Positions 1 to 6,023 of a stretch of DNA of 10,142 nucleotides are shown piece by piece. The notes under the pieces were generated by a model. The model had not been told where the DNA came from. It did no database searches and saw only the letters and a program-made list of their open reading frames with translations. Source of the DNA: Candidatus Poribacteria bacterium (GTDB lineage Bacteria; Poribacteria; WGA-4E; UBA9662); assembly GCA_046582655.1 (NCBI GenBank), contig JAYGDX010000012.1:1-10142 (forward strand). Direction: 5' to 3'. Numbering within the stretch: position 1 is the stretch's first letter; the number at the start of each line of letters is the position of its first letter. A program made the translations under genes and the position numbers.

Positions 1-2
1 GG

Positions 3-446
3 GATGTATCGTTCTCATCTCCAACAGAGGGATGGATTGTGGGGTCATACGGATCCATCCAGCGTACGATAGACGGAGGGCAAAATTGGGAAGATCAAAA
101 TTCAGGTGTCGACAATAATTTGAAGGCAATTGCTTTTGTCAATGAAACAACAGGATGGATTGCCGGACAAGAAGGCGTAATTCTTCATACCAACGATAGC
201 GGAGTTACATGGACAAAGCAAAAAACAAATTCTCTCAACAACCTAAATGATATTATTTTTGTCAATAAAGATATAGGTTGGGCTGCTGGTGACTTTGGAA
301 CCATCCTGCACACTATCAATGGTGGTCAAACATGGGAGATTCAAAACGCGGGCACCTCAACGACGCTCCTAGCAATTGGTGCCGTAGGCGAAGATCATTG
401 CTTAGCTGTCGGTGAGTGGGGATTAGTCCTAGGCTATACAAAGTAA
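3..446 (+). CDS. YCF48-related / BNR (Asp-box) repeat beta-propeller protein, 5'-truncated by the window edge
   Basis: The frame is open from base 3 (DVSFSSPTEGWIVGSYGSIQRTIDGGQNW), so the GTG at 39 is internal. It has about 42-aa repeats of 'L..I.F.....GW..G..G.IL.T..GG.TW' (TIDGGQNW, TNDSGVTW, TINGGQTW), typical of YCF48/PSII-assembly-factor-like propellers. Stop TAA at 444-446. Confidence 0.88.
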   Translation, partial: DVSFSSPTEGWIVGSYGSIQRTIDGGQNWEDQNSGVDNNLKAIAFVNETTGWIAGQEGVILHTNDSGVTWTKQKTNSLNNLNDIIFVNKDIGWAAGDFGTILHTINGGQTWEIQNAGTSTTLLAIGAVGEDHCLAVGEWGLVLGYTK

Positions 447-477
447 TCTTTGTACCATCGAAATAGGGTCAATGCAC

Positions 478-1383
478 TCACGCTATGCATCTCTGAAGGT
501 ACTCTCTGCTTTTAATCGCATCTTCTAGCGGTTGGTTAGAAGGTGCATTTTCGAGCAATAAATCTCCTGTGTAGCCTCCTTGACTTAAACGGTGGAGAAT
601 TGCCCTAAAATCGATGAAGCCGTCTTTCACTTGGTTTAGAATTCCTTGGCTGTTTTTTTGCTTGAAGTGGACGGAAGTTAAATCTTCCACCTCAACCGCC
701 TGCCAAAAGGTTTCAAGATTCTCAATTGTTGTACCATCCGACTGATAGACATTAGCCTCATCATAAGTTAATAATAAGCTACTTGCCTTAATGAGATCGA
801 GTATTTGGATAGCTGGTTGCTTGGCATTCTCAACTGCAAACACAATCGAATAGCTCGGCAACAGTGACTGGTATCGCAGGAGATTTGCAGCTGCAATTTC
901 TGGATCGTGTTCAACAGGTGATTCAAGGTCCACTAATCGTAATCGCGCTTGATGTGGACATAATAAGTAGGCAAATTGCTTGGCTCGACGGATTTGATTA
1001 TTATCAGCTTCCAGATTCGAAGGTAAACCCAACCATGAATGCGAGATAGCGTAACTTAAAGTCAAATCCGATACTCTCTTCACAAACTCATTAACTTGGC
1101 TAAAAAGAGGTTTATGAGTATCTTTCACAAGTATTTCCCAATCTTTGTGGTTCCATACCGCTTGGCAAATATCTTTCCATTGACCTGCGGTGTAGGCTCC
1201 TATAGCCGTTTCGATTTCTTGAATCAAGTTGCCAAACTCTGAATTACGCAGATAGTCACCATCTCGAACTTCCAAATGCTGAAACCCATCTTGTCCGAAC
1301 TGAACGGCAAGTTCTTGGAACTGATCTCCGTCTTCCATCCGTTTAGCCCATATATTTGTGACAACTCCGAGTTTGTCAAACAT
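478..1383 (-). CDS. Xylose isomerase-like TIM barrel protein (sugar phosphate isomerase/epimerase, AP endonuclease 2 superfamily)
   Basis: ORF of about 301 aa with family-like motifs GFQHLEVR, AVENA, LTYDEAN, SVHFKQ, DGFIDF..IL..L...GY.G.LLLEN. The SD AGGAG (1390-1394) lies 6 nt from the ATG at 1383 and only 3 nt from the ATG at 1386, so 1383 is preferred. Confidence 0.75.
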   Translation of the reverse strand: MFDKLGVVTNIWAKRMEDGDQFQELAVQFGQDGFQHLEVRDGDYLRNSEFGNLIQEIETAIGAYTAGQWKDICQAVWNHKDWEILVKDTHKPLFSQVNEFVKRVSDLTLSYAISHSWLGLPSNLEADNNQIRRAKQFAYLLCPHQARLRLVDLESPVEHDPEIAAANLLRYQSLLPSYSIVFAVENAKQPAIQILDLIKASSLLLTYDEANVYQSDGTTIENLETFWQAVEVEDLTSVHFKQKNSQGILNQVKDGFIDFRAILHRLSQGGYTGDLLLENAPSNQPLEDAIKSREYLQRCIA

Positions 1384-1544
1384 CATTTTCTCCTAAGAAC
1401 TTCTCCGATTTTACATACCGAGGGCAATATTATTTATTCAATCTGGAACTGAATATTAGTTGCAACCTCAGTGAATTGTATCCCTAATATTATCATTTAC
1501 CGATGCTTCATGAAGATAATGGCAGAAATAGAACGAAACTCAGA

Positions 1545-2807
1545 CTAACGATCATCGGTGCTTCCCAGTTGTAGTTTCTGATGGCGAAAATACGCTTGGT
1601 CAGCCAGTTTCTGATTACCCATTTGTTGATAAGCTATGGATAAATTGAGTTGAATTCTTGCGTCGGACGGCTCAAGTTGTGACGCAATTTTCAACTGCTT
1701 GATGGCCAATTCGTATTTCTCTAGCATCAAATAGACGCTCCCCAGGCTATTGCGGTAAGTTGAATTTTCGGGATCAAGTTGCACGATTATGGCGTAATGT
1801 TGAACAGCTTCATCGTACGCTTCCATATTGACATAAACAAATCCGAGAACCTCATGTCCACGTGAATGGTGTTCAAGTGCTATACACCTACTAAGTGGGG
1901 CAATAGCTTCCTGCCATTTTCGGCGTTTCGAATAAATTCTGCCAAGTTGATACCACGCATCCACGTCCTTGGAATCTCTATCGACACGTTGTTGTAGAAG
2001 AGTTAATGTTTTGTCTTCCAGATCGATTTCTTGAAATCGCTGCAATATCGAATTGGCTTGATCTATTAAACCGAGCCGCACATAAACATTACCGAGATTG
2101 AAGTGTGCCTGTTTATGAAATGGATCTTTATCGATGAGCATTTTAAATTTCTGGACAGCAGATTCATAATTTTCTAAGTGCGTGTAAGTTAACCCAAGCA
2201 TATACATCGCTTTGACATCGCTAGAATCTACCGTCACCGAAGAGAGCAACTCAGTTAGCGCATCTCGAAATTGTCCTTTCTGAAAGTAAGCAATTCCAAG
2301 CCACTTATGTACTTGAGAATCTTTCTGCTTGATGGTATTTGCTTTCTTCAATAATAAAATGGCTTGATCAATTTGCACAAAAATTTCAATTTGCAACTCA
2401 GCAAGGGCGCAATAAGCGGCAATGTAATCTGGATCTGCACGGACCGCATTTTGAAGTGCGTTTCTTGCTGGTTGCCACACCCCTTTTTCTTTTAACAACA
2501 TTCCAATTGAAAAGTGAGCATTTGCTAATGTCGGATCTAACTCAACTGCATGTTGGAAAGCAACTAATGCTTTTTCCTTTTCATTTTGGGATAGAGAGGT
2601 TAACCCATTACGATAGTACACATCGGCTTGACCGGCAAAGGAAATAGTCGTAATGATGAAAACACTTACTACATAAATGAAAAGATAAAAACGTCGGGAC
2701 ACAAAATTCCTTGACCCTGATTCCACAATGGATTGGATTCTACCAATTTGATCAAAAAAACCGACTTTGTGTGTCTCTAATTTGGACCCAAAAAATGGAC
2801 GCATCAT
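1545..2807 (-). CDS. Tetratricopeptide repeat (TPR) protein with an N-terminal signal/membrane segment
   Basis: About ten TPR units (e.g. ANAHFSIGMLL, QAHFNLGNVY, DAWYQLGRIY, TYRNSLGSVY) follow a hydrophobic stretch RRFYLFIYVVSVFIITTISFA. The true start may be a downstream GTG closer to that stretch. Confidence 0.88.
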   Translation of the reverse strand: MMRPFFGSKLETHKVGFFDQIGRIQSIVESGSRNFVSRRFYLFIYVVSVFIITTISFAGQADVYYRNGLTSLSQNEKEKALVAFQHAVELDPTLANAHFSIGMLLKEKGVWQPARNALQNAVRADPDYIAAYCALAELQIEIFVQIDQAILLLKKANTIKQKDSQVHKWLGIAYFQKGQFRDALTELLSSVTVDSSDVKAMYMLGLTYTHLENYESAVQKFKMLIDKDPFHKQAHFNLGNVYVRLGLIDQANSILQRFQEIDLEDKTLTLLQQRVDRDSKDVDAWYQLGRIYSKRRKWQEAIAPLSRCIALEHHSRGHEVLGFVYVNMEAYDEAVQHYAIIVQLDPENSTYRNSLGSVYLMLEKYELAIKQLKIASQLEPSDARIQLNLSIAYQQMGNQKLADQAYFRHQKLQLGSTDDR

Positions 2808-2869
2808 GGGATGACTGGCCGTAGTTAGTTTTAAATAATCCGAACAGTACCAGCAAAATGCACGCCGAA

Positions 2870-3628
2870 TTATTTGCCAGTCTTTAATTTCCCCCAGATA
2901 ACTGATAGCTTATCTAGTGAATCTACGCTTAGAGCGCCTTCAAATCCTTTCTCCATAATTTGATTCACTTCCTCTTCTGTAACGGCATCACTGTAAAAGA
3001 TAAATTCATCAATGATGCAAGCTGAGAGGAAACCTGTCCCCCTGTCGGTCGCTAGCCATGCGGTTTGCTCTTGATCCGCCAGTTCAAACTTTGGCACATC
3101 TTGCGATACTTTTAATTTCCCATCGATATAAATACTCGCCTTCTTGCCGTTGTAAACGTTGGCAACGTGATACCATTGGTTCTTTTTAGCAGTTACCCCA
3201 CTGGCGACATTCCAGTTGTTGCTCCAGCAACGTAGCATATTCCCACCTTCCTTATAAGGCACCAGGCGGTTATTACTCTGATCCTAAACGGAGAAGTAAT
3301 TTTGTTGCCCACCCAGATCAGTAAATTGAATCCACATGATGACACTAGCTTTGTTTCTCATTGATCCCTTACCAAGCGGAATGGTAACAGTATTCGTCTT
3401 TTTGAATTCAAGTGCGTGGCCAAATTTGCCCTTAACCCACTTGGCACCTTTAATTTCACCATCATATTTATTGGGTGAAGAGTCCTTGGCAACATCGCCT
3501 ACTCCCTCATCTAAAAGCCAAATGCCGATGTTCGATTCAAGACTCAGTTTGCCTTCACTTTTCCCAACAAGGACAAAAAGTAAAGCAACAACAAATGCTG
3601 ATGCAAATCTACCGATTCTGATGGACAT
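2870..3628 (-). pseudogene. Secreted LamG-like jellyroll (concanavalin A-like) domain protein, Poribacteria type, interrupted by one in-frame TAG at 3284-3286
   Basis: ORF-track pieces 3284..3628 and 2870..3262 are in the same frame: ...AAT TAC TTC TCC GTT TAG GAT CAG AGT AAT AAC CGC CTG GTG CCT TAT = NYFSV*DQSNNRLVPY. Joined they give about 252 aa with a signal peptide, GIWLLDEGVGDVAKDSS, WVKGKFGHALEF, WYHVANVYNG, IYIDG, IIDEF and the C-terminal DKLSVIWGKLK. SD AAGGAG at 3635-3640. Confidence 0.88.
3378..3398. repeat. Copy 1 of an exact 21-bp direct repeat GGAATGGTAACAGTATTCGTC (inside the LamG gene)
   Basis: Identical to 4190-4210. On the minus strand it encodes TNTVTIP in both genes. Confidence 0.9.
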
Positions 3629-3715
3629 TTTGCTCTCCTTAAACTCTCAATTTGGCAGGATAATTCTCTAGAAAACTACACTAATTACTAGTCTGTTTAA
3701 CTAGGGTTGCTGGCT

Positions 3716-3758
3716 AAAAATGGTGGTACCTCCTATCCAAATATTCTATCCACCATTT
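3716..3758 (-). terminator. Possible stem-loop or weak intrinsic terminator downstream of the cupin gene
   Basis: AAATGGTGG (3718-3726) and CCACCATTT (3750-3758) form a perfect 9-bp inverted repeat with a 23-nt loop. On the minus strand the GC stem is followed by TTTTT. It lies about 31 nt after the cupin stop. The loop is large for a canonical terminator. Confidence 0.3.
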
Positions 3759-3789
3759 GAACTAATGGCTTTAAATATCACAAATCCCA

Positions 3790-4515
3790 TTATCCATAAT
3801 TGGCAAAATAGAAGGTTACCAGTGGTTCTTCCGTATCATTAATAAGGGAATGTCCAGGATTTGAGGGTGCTACCGAAACCGCGCCACCGGGACGTTGTCG
3901 GTAAACGTCCCGACCGACAACATGGATACCATTACCTTCTAGCATGTACCACACTTCATCTATATTAGAACCATGACCATGTGTGTCTGGAGTCTGCATC
4001 GCTTCGATCCGAACAACGAGAATTGCGTGAGTTTTTATCAGCCCATCGTCTTTACCAAACAGAGGATGAACAAGATGTGTCCAATGTCCTTGACTTAGCG
4101 GTTTTTCCCGGTAATTTCTAATAATAGCTTCTTGTCGAACTAACTCCGTTTCTTCCGAAATAGTCTCTTCCAGTATTAAAAGTTCCAAAGGAATGGTAAC
4201 AGTATTCGTCAAAATATGACTTAATCCGGGCGGTACGATGATGCCATCGCCTTCCTGAACTTCTCGTTTCATATCACCAGCTTCGAACAGCCCTTTACCA
4301 CCCACAATATAGAAGATCAGTTGTCGATCATCAAAGGATGTCGGTATCGATGAAATCCTCGGTTCAAGATAGCATCGAGAGAAGCTATCAATGTGATTCA
4401 GGATTGCTCCCTCATTACCAGAAATATCAGGTGTTTTTTTGGAAAAAATTTCTCGCTTAATAATGTTACCGTGAGTTATGGTCGATGGACATTGTAACCA
4501 ATGTCGCATTTGCAT
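3790..4515 (-). CDS. Bicupin (two cupin domains) protein
   Basis: Domain 1: QLIFYIVGGKG...VQEGDGIIVPPGLSHILTN. Domain 2: THGHGSNIDEVWYMLEGNG...PGGAVSVAPSNPGHSLIN, with an HxH..E...H metal motif. The SD GGAGG (4525-4529) is 9 nt from the ATG at 4515, which is preferred over the TTG at 4521. Confidence 0.85.
   Translation of the reverse strand: MQMRHWLQCPSTITHGNIIKREIFSKKTPDISGNEGAILNHIDSFSRCYLEPRISSIPTSFDDRQLIFYIVGGKGLFEAGDMKREVQEGDGIIVPPGLSHILTNTVTIPLELLILEETISEETELVRQEAIIRNYREKPLSQGHWTHLVHPLFGKDDGLIKTHAILVVRIEAMQTPDTHGHGSNIDEVWYMLEGNGIHVVGRDVYRQRPGGAVSVAPSNPGHSLINDTEEPLVTFYFANYG
4190..4210. repeat. Copy 2 of the exact 21-bp direct repeat (inside the cupin gene)
   Basis: Identical to 3378-3398, 812 bp apart, same orientation, same codon phase within each gene. 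Confidence 0.9.
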
Positions 4516-4571
4516 TGGCAATGACCTCCATTATTTTCGTAAGTATAGGATTGTTGAAGTTACCCTTAGAT

Positions 4572-5336
4572 CTATAGCTGTGTAATTAAACCTCCATCAA
4601 CTACATAAGCAGCACCTGTAACGAATGAAGCTTTATTACTGGCCAGAAAAAGAACGACTTGGGCAACTTCCTCAGGTTGACCAATCCGCTTTAGTATGTG
4701 TGCATCAGCCCATTCTTCTATCGCTTGTTGGGAATTATCAGTTAGTTCTGCTGCAGCACGCAATAGTGGGGTATCAATTGAACCGGGACAAACACAGTTA
4801 ACACGAATACTGTCTTTAGCAAAATCAATTGCCATATTTCTCGTTAGTGAAATAGCTCCGCCTTTGGAAGCCGAATAAGGGCAAACACGTTGTTGACTTG
4901 CAAAACCTTGGACTGATGCGATATTGATCACACTCCCGCTTCCTTGTTTTTGGATTTCAGGTATGCAATATTTGGAACAAAGAAATATACTTTTAAGATT
5001 CACGCCAAGTACCTGATCCCATTCTTCTTCCGTTGTTTCAATAACACTCCCATAGTGTTGAATTCCCGCATTGTTCACTAAGACATCAATTCTTTCAAAT
5101 GCATTTACTGTGTCTGTTGCAACCTGTTGCGCGTTAGATGCGTTGGACACATCAGCTTGTATAAAGATTGCCTGACCTCCTTTGTCCTGAATAGTCTTGA
5201 CAGTTTCTTGACCAGCGCCAATATTTATGTCAACAACGGCAATGGATGCTCCCTCTTCAGCAAAAGCGACAGCAATTGCCTTTCCCATCCCCATACCTGC
5301 ACCAGTTATAATAGCAGCTTTACCTTCAAATTCCAT
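4572..5336 (-). CDS. Classical short-chain dehydrogenase/reductase (SDR), probably NAD-preferring
   Basis: Motifs TGAGMGMG (TGxxxGxG), an acidic residue after beta-2 (VVDIN), NNAG, catalytic S and YSASK, PGSIDT and the C-terminal VDGG. The SD AGGAG (5344-5348) is 7 nt upstream of the ATG at 5336 (MEFEGK...), so the GTG at 5372 overextends the ORF. Confidence 0.93.
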   Translation of the reverse strand: MEFEGKAAIITGAGMGMGKAIAVAFAEEGASIAVVDINIGAGQETVKTIQDKGGQAIFIQADVSNASNAQQVATDTVNAFERIDVLVNNAGIQHYGSVIETTEEEWDQVLGVNLKSIFLCSKYCIPEIQKQGSGSVINIASVQGFASQQRVCPYSASKGGAISLTRNMAIDFAKDSIRVNCVCPGSIDTPLLRAAAELTDNSQQAIEEWADAHILKRIGQPEEVAQVVLFLASNKASFVTGAAYVVDGGLITQL

Positions 5337-5411
5337 ATGCAGACTCCTAGAGTTAACTGTTCCTCGACCCACTAATAAAGTGTGAATGGGTTCAAAGATT
5401 GCAAGTTTAAT

Positions 5412-5427
5412 AAGATTTTTAAATCTT
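5412..5427. promoter_or_regulatory. Candidate operator palindrome AAGATTT-TT-AAATCTT upstream of the SDR gene
   Basis: Perfect 7-2-7 inverted repeat in the AT-rich intergenic region, about 75 nt upstream of the SDR start and next to a minus-strand TTGCAA hexamer. No regulator gene is present in the window. Confidence 0.25.
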
Positions 5428-5499
5428 CATTTCTGAAAAAACTCAAAGTTTAGAAAACAGACAACTACAGAATCACGGTAATATTATTTCATCTATGGC

Positions 5500-5994
5500 T
5501 TAAGGAAATGCATTAGTCGGTGTGTTATCGAAGTAACTTTTTACATTGGTGTGGACCTTAGGATGATCTACGATCTGATTGGTATCTAACCACTCAACAC
5601 GCTGATGTTGACTTAGCATTGCAGTTTCTACAACACCGACTTTCCCTACATCGTCCAGTTCAAACAGACATGCGATGCAGACATAGTGTGTACCACAACT
5701 GTCATCCCTAAAATTGTTTTCGTAGATGTGGTCGTAGATTCCATGTAGAGTTATTTGATCCGAGGTGAGTCTCAACCCAATTTCATCTTTAGAGATTCTC
5801 TCCAAGGCTTCTTTGAGATACTCGTTTTTGTAGACTTTTCCGCCGGGAACGAAAAAACTGCCTTTGGCCGGGTTATTGGTTCTTTCGCCGACAAGCAACT
5901 TTCCGTCGTAGATGACCAGTATATCAATAGACACCAGTTGAGTTAAACTGACTGCTTGAAAATATTCATCCTGATCGAGAACTAGCTTTTGCAT
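5500..5994 (-). CDS. gmm: GDP-mannose mannosyl hydrolase (Nudix family, Gmm/WcaH/NudD-like)
   Basis: LVSIDILV, R.N.PAKG.FFVPGGKVYKNE.L..A..RI...EIG (the modified Nudix box of GDPMH), GIYDHIYENNF, THYV, QH...W and VH.NVKSYF are all signature segments of Gmm. Confidence 0.85.
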   Translation of the reverse strand: MQKLVLDQDEYFQAVSLTQLVSIDILVIYDGKLLVGERTNNPAKGSFFVPGGKVYKNEYLKEALERISKDEIGLRLTSDQITLHGIYDHIYENNFRDDSCGTHYVCIACLFELDDVGKVGVVETAMLSQHQRVEWLDTNQIVDHPKVHTNVKSYFDNTPTNAFP

Positions 5995-6023
5995 AAACTT
6001 CTTGCCGAGTGAGGGTATGCCTG

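Noticed and set aside
864..1049. 61-aa + strand ORF
   Set aside because: Antisense shadow inside the TIM-barrel gene; no recognisable motif.
1426..1494. Three AATATTA motifs in the intergenic region upstream of the TIM-barrel gene
   Set aside because: Short, AT-only and irregularly spaced; expected by chance in AT-rich intergenic DNA.
2339..2647. 102-aa + strand ORF
   Set aside because: Antisense to the well-supported TPR gene; no coding features.
3284..3286. Genome-wide amber (TAG) reassignment
   Set aside because: TAG ends the SDR (4572-4574), TPR (1545-1547) and transposase (10020-10022) genes at plausible natural C-termini, and the other long ORFs have no internal TAG.
3336..3671. 111-aa + strand ORF
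   Set aside because: Antisense shadow of the LamG gene.
3378..4210. 21-bp repeat as a CRISPR repeat or a DGR template/variable repeat pair
   Set aside because: Only two copies 812 bp apart, both inside coding sequence; no spacers, no adenine-specific mismatches, and no cas or reverse transcriptase gene in the window.
4696..5946. Small + strand ORFs 4696..4878, 5127..5375 and 5755..5946
   Set aside because: Antisense to the SDR and Nudix genes; no motifs.
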